A stretch of 64,000 bases of DNA, taken from the NCBI GenBank assembly GCA_963762255.1, contig CAVXKA010000003.1:912203-976202 (forward strand), in the 5' to 3' direction. Positions 1 to 9,823 of this stretch are shown in pieces (the first letter of the stretch is position 1; each line of letters begins with the position of its first letter). The position numbers and the translations under genes were made by a program. Origin of the DNA: Candidatus Eiseniibacteriota bacterium (GTDB taxonomy: Bacteria; Eisenbacteria; RBG-16-71-46; JABDJR01). Under the pieces are notes generated by a model, which saw nothing but the letters and a program-made list of their open reading frames with translations, was not told the origin of the DNA and made no database searches.

Positions 1-125
1 TCGGGCGACTCGTAGTCGTACCCCACGTAGTCTACGAGAAGCGTCTGCGCCTGGACGGTCCCGGGGTTGAGGAAGGGAGTCAGTAGGACGAGAAGCAGGA
101 GCACGAAGGGTGCGGATTTCATCAT
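1..125 (-). CDS. Secreted protein, N-terminal fragment (runs off window start)
   Basis: Minus-strand ATG at 125 preceded by GAGG. Reads MMKSAPFVLLLLVLLTPFLLNPGTVQAQTLLVDYVGYDYESP, a typical Sec signal peptide ending VQA|Q. Confidence 0.7.
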   Translation of the reverse strand, partial: MMKSAPFVLLLLVLLTPFLNPGTVQAQTLLVDYVGYDYESP

Positions 126-305
126 GGAGACCTCGCTGTGATCGATCCCTTGACGCGGATTCAAGCCCGCGTCCTTCCGGGACCGAAGGGAAGGAGGCAC
201 GCGAATGAAGGGAACGCTATTCAGGGCGGGGGGGACCATCCCTGGCGATCGTTTATTCCGGGCTGGCCTGACAGGGACACCTAGAGCCCGGACTGATTGA
301 CGACA

Positions 306-334
306 ATTTAACTCATCTTTCAACCGTTGTGCAA
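306..334 (-). promoter_or_regulatory. Candidate sigma70 promoter for the secreted-protein gene
   Basis: AT-rich patch; minus strand TTGCAC-17 nt-TTAAAT. Confidence 0.35.
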
Positions 335-353
335 CGAATAATTCCAAGACAAT

Positions 354-3300
354 CTACTGAGGGTCTAATTCAGGAGACGGGTGTCCGATGGGCGAGCCCG
401 CCGAGGACCGCTCCAGCCACGTGACCGCCTGGCCAACCGCCTCCTCGAAACTCAGGGTTAGAGCCCGGTTAAGTTCTTGCTGGAACGCGATTTCACCGAC
501 ATTTGTCCTCACCCTGTCCAGGAAGGAAGCCCGCTCCTGCTGCTCGGCGGGCGAGAGCGGAGAGCCGATCTCTTCCCGGAGGGCGCGAGCCGCGCCAAGG
601 AAGCGAATAGCCTGACCTGGATCATCAAGACGGAACGCTAACTCGGCCACGCCTTCCAGCGCATAGGCTCCCTCACGCTTCGCCGCGATCTCCCGCACGA
701 TGCTCAGGCTTCCAGCCAATCCGCCTGCCGCGGCCGCGAGATCCCCCAGGCGCGCCGAGGCCACCGCGAGATCGGCCAGCGTCAGCGCGGTGTGCTTCAA
801 GTCCCCCACGTCTTTCAGGAGCCCGAGCGATCTGCGGTAGAACTCCGCGGCGGACGCGGCGTCTCCCTCGCACAGCGAGAGAAACCCCAGGTTGTGCAGG
901 GTGACCGCGGCGCCGCGCTTGTCGCCCGCCGCCTCGTAGCCGGCAAGCACTTCCTCGCCGTACCCCCGCGCCGCAGCGTAGTCGCACTGGTAGGTCGCGA
1001 CCGTCGCGAGCCCGCTCAACGAACGTGCTATCCCCTTCTTGTCGCCGAGCGTTCTGTAGATGGCGAGGCTCTCCTCGATGGGCGACCGCGCCGCCGCATA
1101 GTCGCCCTGATAGAGCGCCATCCCTCCCAGACGCACCAGCGCACCGGCGCGCGCCGCGGTGGGAGCGGCCGCGGAGTCGAGGCGCAGCGACTGGCCCAGT
1201 GTCGCGCGCCCGAGTTCGTAGATCCCTCGTCCCGACCAGAACCGGGCAAGAGCGCAAGCGAGCCGAAGCCCTTTCTCGGAGCCGGACGACGTGCTCGGGC
1301 ACCACGCCATGGCCCCGAGGAGATTGGGGTGCTCCACGTCAAGCCGCGCGAACCACTCCTTCTGGTTCGGCCCCACCAACTCTTTCTCCGCGGCCTCGCC
1401 CAGGGCCAGGAAGAAGTCGAGGTGGCGATCCGAAACCGCGGCGGTCTCGCCGGCCTCGTCGAGCCGCTCGACGGCGTACTGACGAACCGTCTCCAGGTAG
1501 TGGTAGCGCGCGGTTTCCCCCAGCGACTCCACCACGATCAGCGACTTGTCCACCAGCCGCGTGATCAAGTCGAGCACTTCAAACTCGTCGGCGTCCTTGC
1601 CCCACACCGCGGTCGCCGCTTCCAGGGTCCAGCCCCCCGCGAAAACGGCGAGGCACCGTGATAGCTGCCGTTCCAACTCCGCGAGATGGTCGTAGCTCCA
1701 CTGAATCGTGGCCCGCAGCGTCTGCTGCCGGGGCAGGGCCGCGCGGCTCCCTCCGGTGAGAAGCCGGAACCGATCGTCCAGCTTGGCGCGGATCTGCTCC
1801 ACGGAAAGCACTTTGACTCGCGCCGCCGCGAGTTCGATGGCGAGAGGGATGCCGTCGAGGCGCCGGCAGATCTCCCCCACCGCCGGCCCGTTCTCGGCGG
1901 TGAGATCGAATCCAGTCTGCGCCTGGGACGCGCGGTCCAGGAAGAGCCGCACGGACTCGTACCCTCGCATCGCGACCGGGTCGGTCGCGATCGCCTCGGA
2001 CGGGAGTCGCAGAGTGGGGACGGCGAAAGCGACCTCGCCCGCGACCCCCAACGCCTCGCGGCTCGTGGCGAGAAGACGCACGTCCGCGCACGACTTGAGG
2101 AGGAGCGCGGCGAGATCGCCGCTCGCGGCGACGAGATGCTCGCAGTTGTCGAGCAGGATGAGTGCGCGGCGCGCGCCCAGGTGCTCGACCAGGGCCTGTG
2201 CGGTCGTCTTCCCCGGCTCGTCGCGCAGGCCGAGTGAGAGCGCCAGCGCGACGACCACTCGATCCGGTTCGGTGACGGAGGCGAGATCGACGAACCAGAT
2301 GCCGTCGGGGTACTCGGGCAGAAGCCGCGCCGCGACTTGCAGGGCGAGTCGGGTCTTTCCGCTTCCGCCGACTCCCGTCAGCGTGAGGATCCGCGCATCG
2401 CCGAGGAGCCGCAGGCACTCCTCCGTCTCTCGCTCGCGTCCCACGAAGCTGGTCGCACTGCCTGGCAAGTTGTTGGCGGTGGCCGCCACCCCTTCGCCGG
2501 TGCGCAGCGCCGACGCACGCCGGATGCCCAGAGCCTCTTCGATCTCGGTGCGAGCGAGACGGATTTCGGGGAGACGCCCGCCGACATCCTTGATCAGACA
2601 ACGGCCGAGCAGCTCGCGAACGCGGGACGGTGTCAGGGCGGGAAGCGCCGAGCCATCGATCTCCCGCTCCAACGTCGCGGCGAACACTTCGGCCAGCGTC
2701 CGTCCGGAAAACGCGCGTCGTCCGGAAAGGCACTCATAGAGGAGGCACCCGAACGCGAAGACGTCGGTGCGCGCGTCCTGCGGCTCCGCGCGAATCTGTT
2801 CCGGACTCATGTAGCCCGGCGTGCCCACCACTTCGTCATCGGCCGCTTCATCGACCGATGCGCCGACGAGCGTGGCCTCGCCGTCCCAGGTGTCGGGGGG
2901 CGGTGCGGGGGACGAGCGCCCCGACGCGCTCGACTCCGCGGTCCGAGCCAATCCGAAGTCCAGTACCTTCACCACGCCGCGAGGACCCAGCATCACGTTT
3001 CCGGGCTTGAGATCGCGGTGGATCACGCCCCGTTCATGGGCGACCTCGAGGGCCTCGGCGACCTTCGCGCAGACCTGCAGCGCCTCTTCCACGGCCAGCG
3101 GCCCGCGCGCGAGGCGCTCGGCGAGCGACTCCCCTTCCACGCGCTCCAGGACGAGGAAGAGCGTGCCCGGAGCCGGTTCTTCAAAACCGTGGATGATCGC
3201 GATGTGGGGGTGATTGAGCGCGGCCAGGGTGAGCGCTTCGCGGCGAAACAGAGCGAGCCGCTGCGGATCGCGCGCGAAGGGGCCCGGCAGCATCTTGAGC

Positions 3301-3413
3301 GCGACCTCGCGCCCCAGCCGGTTGTCGCGGGCGAGATAGACGTCGCCCATCCCGCCCGCGCCCAGCTTGTCGAGTACGGTATACGGACCGAGTTCGGTCC
3401 CCGCAGCGATCAT
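354..3413 (-). CDS. Ser/Thr protein kinase fused to STAND/NB-ARC-like ATPase and TPR repeats
   Basis: Kinase motifs LGAGGMGDVY, VALK, HRDLKPGN, DFGLA; Walker A GVGGSGKT; Walker B LILLDNCE; GIPLAI; C-terminal TPR-like repeats. Confidence 0.93.
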   Translation of the reverse strand: MIAAGTELGPYTVLDKLGAGGMGDVYLARDNRLGREVALKMLPGPFARDPQRLALFRREALTLAALNHPHIAIIHGFEEPAPGTLFLVLERVEGESLAERLARGPLAVEEALQVCAKVAEALEVAHERGVIHRDLKPGNVMLGPRGVVKVLDFGLARTAESSASGRSSPAPPPDTWDGEATLVGASVDEAADDEVVGTPGYMSPEQIRAEPQDARTDVFAFGCLLYECLSGRRAFSGRTLAEVFAATLEREIDGSALPALTPSRVRELLGRCLIKDVGGRLPEIRLARTEIEEALGIRRASALRTGEGVAATANNLPGSATSFVGRERETEECLRLLGDARILTLTGVGGSGKTRLALQVAARLLPEYPDGIWFVDLASVTEPDRVVVALALSLGLRDEPGKTTAQALVEHLGARRALILLDNCEHLVAASGDLAALLLKSCADVRLLATSREALGVAGEVAFAVPTLRLPSEAIATDPVAMRGYESVRLFLDRASQAQTGFDLTAENGPAVGEICRRLDGIPLAIELAAARVKVLSVEQIRAKLDDRFRLLTGGSRAALPRQQTLRATIQWSYDHLAELERQLSRCLAVFAGGWTLEAATAVWGKDADEFEVLDLITRLVDKSLIVVESLGETARYHYLETVRQYAVERLDEAGETAAVSDRHLDFFLALGEAAEKELVGPNQKEWFARLDVEHPNLLGAMAWCPSTSSGSEKGLRLACALARFWSGRGIYELGRATLGQSLRLDSAAAPTAARAGALVRLGGMALYQGDYAAARSPIEESLAIYRTLGDKKGIARSLSGLATVATYQCDYAAARGYGEEVLAGYEAAGDKRGAAVTLHNLGFLSLCEGDAASAAEFYRRSLGLLKDVGDLKHTALTLADLAVASARLGDLAAAAGGLAGSLSIVREIAAKREGAYALEGVAELAFRLDDPGQAIRFLGAARALREEIGSPLSPAEQQERASFLDRVRTNVGEIAFQQELNRALTLSFEEAVGQAVTWLERSSAGSPIGHPSPELDPQ

Positions 3414-3449
3414 GTCGGCTCGATGGCCACGGGCACGACCCGCGTCCGG

Positions 3450-4616
3450 CTAATTGCCGGCGCCGGCGGCCTCGCGAAGGATGCTGCGCGCGATCACGAG
3501 GCGCTGGACCTGGTTCGTCCCTTCATAGATCTGCGTGATCTTGGCGTCGCGCATATACTTCTCGATCGGGTAGTCCTTGCAGTAGCCGTAGCCGCCGAAG
3601 ATCTGCACCGCGTCGGTGGTCACCTTCATCGCGGTATCGGTGGCCATGAGCTTGCACATCGCCGAGAGCTTGGAGATGTTGGGGTTCCCCGAGTCGATGG
3701 CGCGTGCGGCGGTGTGCACCAGCGCGCGCGCGGCTTCAACCTGGGTGGCCATGTCCGCGAGCATCCACTGGATGCCCTGGAAAGAGCTGACCGACTGCCC
3801 GAACTGCTGGCGCTTGCCGGCGTACTCGACCGCGAGCTCCAACGCGCCCTGAGCCAAGCCGACGGCTTGCGCGGCCACACCGGGGCGGGCCCGATCGAGG
3901 GTCATCATCGCCTGCTTGAAGCCGTGCCCCTCCACACCGCCGAGGAGGTTCTCGGCGGGGACGCGGCACTTCTCCAGGTGGATCTCCACCACCGGCACGC
4001 AGCGGATGCCCATCTTGTCTTCATGCTTGCCGACCCGATATCCGGGGGTATCGGCATCCACGATCAGCGCGGAGATGCCGCGCGCGCCGCGCTCGGGATT
4101 GGTCACCGCGAAGATGGCGTTGTAGGAAGCGACCGCGCCGCCGGTGTTCCACTTCTTCTCGCCGTCGATCACGTAGGAGTCCCCCTCCTTGACCGCCCGG
4201 GTCTTCATGGAACCGGCGTCGGAGCCCGCCTCTTTCTCGGAGAGGCCGAACGCGATCAGCTTGTCGCCGGCCGCGATGCCGGGGAGCCAACGCTTCTTCT
4301 GTTCGGGGGTACCGGAAAGGATGATGGGGAACGAGCCGAGCGCGTTGACGGCGAAGCTCACACCCATGCCGCCGCAGGCGCGGGAGAACTCCTCGACCAC
4401 GAGGCACAGATCGAGAACGCCGCCTCCCAGGCCGCCGTATTCCTCGGGAACCCAGACGCCGGATAGCCCGGCCGCCTTGATCGCCTTCTGAACCTCCCAG
4501 GGATAGGTCTGCTCGACGTCGTACTTGGCCGCAACCGGCCGCATGACCTTCTCGGCGATCTCGCGCGCGCGATCCCGCAGATCCATCTGCTTCGTCGTGT
4601 ACAGTTCCTTGATCAT
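3450..4616 (-). CDS. Acyl-CoA dehydrogenase
   Basis: FGLSEKEAGSDA, GEKKW, AVQIFGGYGY, IYEGTNQ motifs. Confidence 0.95.
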   Translation of the reverse strand: MIKELYTTKQMDLRDRAREIAEKVMRPVAAKYDVEQTYPWEVQKAIKAAGLSGVWVPEEYGGLGGGVLDLCLVVEEFSRACGGMGVSFAVNALGSFPIILSGTPEQKKRWLPGIAAGDKLIAFGLSEKEAGSDAGSMKTRAVKEGDSYVIDGEKKWNTGGAVASYNAIFAVTNPERGARGISALIVDADTPGYRVGKHEDKMGIRCVPVVEIHLEKCRVPAENLLGGVEGHGFKQAMMTLDRARPGVAAQAVGLAQGALELAVEYAGKRQQFGQSVSSFQGIQWMLADMATQVEAARALVHTAARAIDSGNPNISKLSAMCKLMATDTAMKVTTDAVQIFGGYGYCKDYPIEKYMRDAKITQIYEGTNQVQRLVIARSILREAAGAGN

Positions 4617-4688
4617 CTTCTTCTCTCCTCCGCCGACCGGGGGGTCGGGCTGCTCGTCACTTCATTCCACCGTACGCGCGGCTCCGAT

Positions 4689-6086
4689 CTACCGGAAGCC
4701 GGGATCGCTGTTTTCGCGCACGCGCAATTCGCCGTACCCTCCGAGGATCTCCGCCACCGTGTCTTTCACCCCGATGGTGGTGAAGACGAGATTGTCCCGG
4801 CGGAAGTAGCGCTCGATCACGCGATGGCAGTCGGCGAGGGTCACCGCGTCCACATCCCGGAACATGTTGTCCACTCTGGATCGATCGAGGCCGAAGAAGG
4901 CCAGCTCGCTGATGGTGCGGGCCATGTCCGCCGCCGTCTCGTACTCGTAGGGGGTCTGCCCCTTGAAATAGGCCTTGGCCGAGGCCAGTTCTGCCTCGCT
5001 CAAGCCATCCTTGTGCAGGCGGTCGAGCTGGGCGAGAGCGAGATCGATGGCCTGCTTCGTGTTCTCCGTGCCGGTGAAGCTGAACATGAACGCGGCCCCC
5101 GCCACCTTGGGCCGCTCCATGCTGTATCGGGCGCCGTAGGTGAGACCGCTCTTGATGCGCAGCTCCGTGTTGAGCCAGCTCGTGAAGCGCCCGCCGAACA
5201 CGGTGCGGACGAGTTCGGTCGCCGCGTAGTCGGGGTCCGTGAACGAGGGGCCCAGGCTGCCGATCATGAACCACGTCTGCGGCGTGTCGCTCTTGTTGAC
5301 GAGGAGCACGCGCGGCTTGTCGGCCGGGAGCGGCGCCGCAAGCGGGGCAAGGGGCTTGACCGCCCGCGGCATCTTTCCGAACACCTCGCGGATCCTCGCC
5401 GCCGCCTTCCCGGCGTCGATGTCTCCCGCCACGGTGAGGATGGCGCGATCCGCTCCGTAGGTGTCGTGATGGAACTCGACGACATCCGCGCGGGTCAGCG
5501 TGGGAAGGCTCGTCTCGGTCCCTCCCACCGGCCTGCCGTAGGGATGGTCGCCGTAGAGAAACGCGTGATGATAGTCGCCGAGCACGTTGCCGGGATTGTC
5601 CTTGGCTTCCACGACCCCCTCTGCGAGCTGCTGGGTCAGCTTGGCCACCTCGCCCTGATCGAAGCGCGGAGCGAGCACCGCGTCCGCGAGGAGGAGAAGC
5701 CCCGGCTCGAAGTCCTTGGCCAGGACGTTGAGCGTGATCCGCACGCGGTCATAGTTGACGGACGTGTTGAAGTCCGCGCCCAGGAAATCGACGGCCTGTG
5801 CGAAGGCCTGGGCATCGCGCGCGCCGGCTCCCTTGCGAAGCGATTCCGCGGTAAGGTTGGCGAGCCCCTCTTTCCCCGCGGGATCCGCCGAGGCGCCTGC
5901 GGGGAGCCACATCTCGAAGGTGACGGTGGGCACGGTGGCATGGCGCATGAGCTGCACGGTGAGGCCGTTGTCGAGGGTCACCGTCTCGTAGGCCGGCATG
6001 CGCAGCGCGTTCTCGGCCTGGGCCGAGCGGATCGCCGTTCCCGTCGACAGGACCGCGAGGACGAGGGTCAAGATCTTGATTCTCAT
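4689..6086 (-). CDS. M16 family peptidase, non-catalytic subunit, signal peptide
   Basis: TLDNGL, DPAGKEGLA but no HxxEH; LRIKSGLTY R/Y pair; overlaps partner gene by 4 nt. Confidence 0.9.
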   Translation of the reverse strand: MRIKILTLVLAVLSTGTAIRSAQAENALRMPAYETVTLDNGLTVQLMRHATVPTVTFEMWLPAGASADPAGKEGLANLTAESLRKGAGARDAQAFAQAVDFLGADFNTSVNYDRVRITLNVLAKDFEPGLLLLADAVLAPRFDQGEVAKLTQQLAEGVVEAKDNPGNVLGDYHHAFLYGDHPYGRPVGGTETSLPTLTRADVVEFHHDTYGADRAILTVAGDIDAGKAAARIREVFGKMPRAVKPLAPLAAPLPADKPRVLLVNKSDTPQTWFMIGSLGPSFTDPDYAATELVRTVFGGRFTSWLNTELRIKSGLTYGARYSMERPKVAGAAFMFSFTGTENTKQAIDLALAQLDRLHKDGLSEAELASAKAYFKGQTPYEYETAADMARTISELAFFGLDRSRVDNMFRDVDAVTLADCHRVIERYFRRDNLVFTTIGVKDTVAEILGGYGELRVRENSDPGFR

Positions 6087-7453
6087 CGTCCCGCCTCCTC
6101 CCCTTCCTCCGCCGGTGTGGGGATCAGGGTCACGATCGTGCGGTTGTCCGCGGTGAAGTAGGTCCCCGCCACGCGCATCACGTCTTCGGGCGTGATGGCC
6201 TCGTACTCATGGACCACGTCGAACACGTTCTTCCACCCGCCGTGGAAGAGCTCGAAGGAACCGAGCGCCTGCGCGCGTCCGCTGATCGTGGCCATGTCGT
6301 TGTAGAACCCGGCGATCAGCATGTTCTTCGCCTTGGTGAGATCGTCCGCGGCGAGCGGCTCGGTCTTGAGCCGGTCGATCTCGTCGAAGAGGGCGGCCTC
6401 GACCTTCGGCCCTTCGACCCCCTCCCGACTCTGCACCAGGATCTGATAGAGACCGGGGTCGAAGTTGCTGTCGGTGAAGCCCTCCGCCCAGAGCGCGAGC
6501 TGATCCCGATCGACGAGCCGCCGGTAGAGGCGGCTGCTCTCTCCGCGGGTCAGCACGAGGTTGGCGAGTTCGATCACTCGCAGGTCCGCGTGCGCGGTCT
6601 CGGGGACGTGCCATCCAATGAAGAGACTTCCCATCCCCGCTTCCTTGCGAAGCTCGGCGCGGCGCTCCCCTCGCTGCGGCGGCTCCTGCGTGACCACACC
6701 GCGCGGAATCTCCCGCGCGGGGAGACTTCCCACCGTCGAGGTAAGCTTGGCAAGGATCTCGGCCCGATCGAAGGCGCCGCACACCACCATCACCGCGTTG
6801 TTGGGCGTGTACCAACTGCGGAAGAAGTTCTCCACGTCCTCCTGTCGCCAGTTCTCGATGTCGCTCCGCCAGCCGATGACGGGCCACGAGTAGGGGTGGG
6901 CCATGTAGGCGGAGGAATAGAGAATCTCGTTCATCAGGTTCTGGTTGCTGTCCTCTCCGCGCTGCCGCTCACTGATGACCACACCGCGTTCGCTCTGAAC
7001 CACCTCGGGGGCGACGGCGAGATAGCCGATGCGGTCCTGTTCCAGGTCGAGGGTGAGATCGAGCGCCGCGACCGGCACCCAGTCCTGGTACACGGTCACA
7101 TCGTTGCTGGTATAGGCGTTGTTGGAGCCCCCCGCCGCTTCCATGGTGCGGTCGAATTCGCCGGGGGGGTATTTCTTCGAGCCGTTGAACATCATGTGCT
7201 CGAAGAAGTGCGCGAGCCCGGTGATCCCGGGGGCCTCGTTACGGCTCCCCACTTTCCAGAAGGTATAGATGGCCAGGTTGGGGATCGTCGGATCCTCCCA
7301 GAGGAGAACTTTCATCCCGTTGGGGAGCATGTGCTCCTCGATTCCCGCCGGGTCCATGGCGCGGGCCGGCGCGACGAGGGTCGTCAGCGCAAGGACGAGG
7401 AAGAGAGCGATCAGGGGCCTTTGAAGCGGCGGTCGGCCGTCCCGTGTGTTCAC
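6083..7453 (-). CDS. M16 family zinc peptidase, catalytic subunit
   Basis: Inverted zinc motif GLAHFFEHMMF; NAYTS; HPYSWPVIGW; signal peptide. Confidence 0.93.
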   Translation of the reverse strand: MNTRDGRPPLQRPLIALFLVLALTTLVAPARAMDPAGIEEHMLPNGMKVLLWEDPTIPNLAIYTFWKVGSRNEAPGITGLAHFFEHMMFNGSKKYPPGEFDRTMEAAGGSNNAYTSNDVTVYQDWVPVAALDLTLDLEQDRIGYLAVAPEVVQSERGVVISERQRGEDSNQNLMNEILYSSAYMAHPYSWPVIGWRSDIENWRQEDVENFFRSWYTPNNAVMVVCGAFDRAEILAKLTSTVGSLPAREIPRGVVTQEPPQRGERRAELRKEAGMGSLFIGWHVPETAHADLRVIELANLVLTRGESSRLYRRLVDRDQLALWAEGFTDSNFDPGLYQILVQSREGVEGPKVEAALFDEIDRLKTEPLAADDLTKAKNMLIAGFYNDMATISGRAQALGSFELFHGGWKNVFDVVHEYEAITPEDVMRVAGTYFTADNRTIVTLIPTPAEEGEEAGR

Positions 7454-7539
7454 GCTGGTGTCCTCATTGCGTTAAGGCGGAGGAAGATGCCGCACCCCGG
7501 CGGATCGGGGCGCGGGGGCGCAAAGGGGCTTGAAAACTA

Positions 7540-8826
7540 TCACGTGACGCGCGGGGATGGCAATTGCCCGGGGGACGCCTCCCCCCGCGAAATCACCGTG
7601 GCCGCGGCGAGATCGCCGGTCACGTTGAGCGTGGTCCGGCACATATCGAGGAACCGATCCACTCCCAGGATGAGCCCGATTCCCTCGCGGGGGACGCCCA
7701 CCATGCCGAGGATCATCGCCACCACCGGGATCGACCCGGCGGGTACGCCGGCCGTTCCGATGCCGCCGAGGATGCACACCAGAACCACCAGAACTTGCTG
7801 CCCGATCGAGAGCGGCACCCCGTAGAACTGCGCGAGAAAGAGAACGGTGACTCCCTCGAAAAGCGCGGTGCCGTTCTGATTCGCGGTGGAGCCGATGGTG
7901 AGCACGAAGCGGCTGACGTGCGGAGGGAGCTTCAGCTCCTCCTGCGCCACCTTGAGCGCGGTGGGAAGCGTCGCATTGCTCGATGCGGTCGAGAACGCGG
8001 TGATCATAGCTTCCTGGATGTCCCGGAAGAAGGCGATCGGGTTGCGCCCGCCGAGAAACCGCACCGCGGCCGAGTAGACTACGAACTGCTGGATGGCCAG
8101 CGCCAGCAACACCACCCCCACGTAGCGCGCGAGCTGCACGAGGATGCCGTAGCCGAGCTGCGCGGTGAGGGTGAAGAGGAGTGCGGCCACTCCGAACGGC
8201 GCCCACGAGATCAAGAGATCGATGAGGCGCATCGTGACGTCGTAGAGGCCTTCGAGCATCCCCTGGAAGCGGCGCGCGGCCTCGGTGGGTGTCAGCGCAA
8301 GCCCGATCCCCACCATGAGCGAGAAGAACATCACCGCCAGCATGTCCCCGTTGGCCGCCGCACGGATGGGATTGTCGGGCACGATCTGCACGAGAAGATC
8401 GAGACCGGTCTTGGGGGCCTGCGCGCTCCCCAGCGCCGCGGCACGCTCCGCGGCGCCCTGCGTGATGATCGCGCGGGTGGCCTCGGAGATGCCCTCGCCG
8501 GGCTTGAGGACATTGACAAGGACGATTCCCAGCACCACGGCGATCGAGGAGAGGAGCACCGTATAGGCGAGCGTCTTGAGGCCGATGCGGCCAAGACTCT
8601 TCAGGTCGCCGAGTCCCGTCACCCCGAGCGCGAGCGCGGAGAAGATGAGCGGGATGACGAGCATGAACAGGAGACGGAGAAAGATCTGCCCGGCGGGTTG
8701 CGTGCCATAGCGGATGACGGCATCGAGCCACGGTTCACCCGCGGCAAGCACGTGACAGAGGACGCCGAGCGCGACGCCCAGGCCACCTCCGATCAGCATG
8801 CGGGTGTGAAGGGGGAGCTTGCGCAC
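7540..8826 (-). CDS. Dicarboxylate/amino acid:cation symporter (GltP/DAACS)
   Basis: AFSTASSNATLP, ANQNGT, GVDRFLDMCRTTLNVTGD. Start placed at GTG 8826; the ORF is open to 8901. Confidence 0.92.
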   Translation of the reverse strand: MRKLPLHTRMLIGGGLGVALGVLCHVLAAGEPWLDAVIRYGTQPAGQIFLRLLFMLVIPLIFSALALGVTGLGDLKSLGRIGLKTLAYTVLLSSIAVVLGIVLVNVLKPGEGISEATRAIITQGAAERAAALGSAQAPKTGLDLLVQIVPDNPIRAAANGDMLAVMFFSLMVGIGLALTPTEAARRFQGMLEGLYDVTMRLIDLLISWAPFGVAALLFTLTAQLGYGILVQLARYVGVVLLALAIQQFVVYSAAVRFLGGRNPIAFFRDIQEAMITAFSTASSNATLPTALKVAQEELKLPPHVSRFVLTIGSTANQNGTALFEGVTVLFLAQFYGVPLSIGQQVLVVLVCILGGIGTAGVPAGSIPVVAMILGMVGVPREGIGLILGVDRFLDMCRTTLNVTGDLAAATVISRGEASPGQLPSPRVT

Positions 8827-8926
8827 GCGCGGAGTATCGGGGGTCGGACCCGGGGTTTCAAGTGCGACCAAGCAGCCGGTGGGACGCGTTGAGCCGGTCA
8901 CCGCCCCTTGCTAGACTCCCCCGGCC

Positions 8927-9823
8927 ATGGTCGCCCCTATCGCCTCCGCATCCGCTCTGCCGCGGTTCGTCGTCATCAGCGCGGTCCGCGACGAGGAACG
9001 CGCTCTTCCCCGCACCATCGCCTCGATGCTCGCGCAGACCGCGCGCCCGGCGGCGTGGATCGTGGTGGACGACGGGTCCACCGACGCCACGCCACGCATC
9101 CTCGCGGAGGCGGCCGCCGGCGCCCCCTGGATCCGCGTGGTGACGCTCCCCCGCGAGCCGCACGACAGCTCCGGAGAGGCCGCGTCGCTGGCATTCAACC
9201 GCGTGCTCCCTCTGGCGCGCGAGCACGACCCCGACGCGGTGGCCATGCTGGACGGCGACACCGAGTTCGAACCCGACTTCTACGAGCGGTTGCTTGGCGC
9301 GCTCGCTGCGGACCCGCGGCTCGGCATCGTCGGCGCCGACGCGCTCGAGCCGCATGCGAACGGCACCTGGGGGCGCGTGCGCATCCCGCACTACCACGTG
9401 CACGGCGCGGTCAAGGTGTACCGACGTGCCTGCCTCGAGCTGATCGGCGGGCTCGAGCCGGGGATCGCCTGGGACACGGTCGACATCGTGCGCGCGCGTT
9501 TGCGCGGCTGGGATACGCGCACGCTCTCCGAAGTGACCTTCCGCCATCTACGGGTGACGGGAAGCGCGGGGGGGCTCGCCAGGGCGCCATGGATCCGCGG
9601 CCGCGCCGCGTATCTCGCCGGCTACCATCCGCTCTTCGCGCTTGCACGCGCCGTGCGCAACATGTTCCGGCCGCCTCTGGTGACCGGCGGGCTCCACTTC
9701 CTGCGGGGATTTCTCTCCGGCTATCGCGAGCACGCGCGGCGCATGCTCCTTCCGGACGAGATCCGCGCGTTCCGGCACGAGCAGATGCGAGCCCTGACCG
9801 GCCGCAAGTCGTGGTGGCGATGA
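8927..9823 (+). CDS. Glycosyltransferase family 2
   Basis: VVISAVRDE, VDDGSTD, DxD (LDGD). Confidence 0.88.
   Translation: MVAPIASASALPRFVVISAVRDEERALPRTIASMLAQTARPAAWIVVDDGSTDATPRILAEAAAGAPWIRVVTLPREPHDSSGEAASLAFNRVLPLAREHDPDAVAMLDGDTEFEPDFYERLLGALAADPRLGIVGADALEPHANGTWGRVRIPHYHVHGAVKVYRRACLELIGGLEPGIAWDTVDIVRARLRGWDTRTLSEVTFRHLRVTGSAGGLARAPWIRGRAAYLAGYHPLFALARAVRNMFRPPLVTGGLHFLRGFLSGYREHARRMLLPDEIRAFRHEQMRALTGRKSWWR

Noticed and set aside
257-292. Hairpin resembling the c-di-GMP-I second stem
   Set aside because: The upstream GGCAAA/GACGCAAA elements are absent.
354-3413. Kinase-STAND-TPR protein as an Avs-type antiphage system
   Set aside because: A common signalling architecture embedded among housekeeping genes with no defence context in view.
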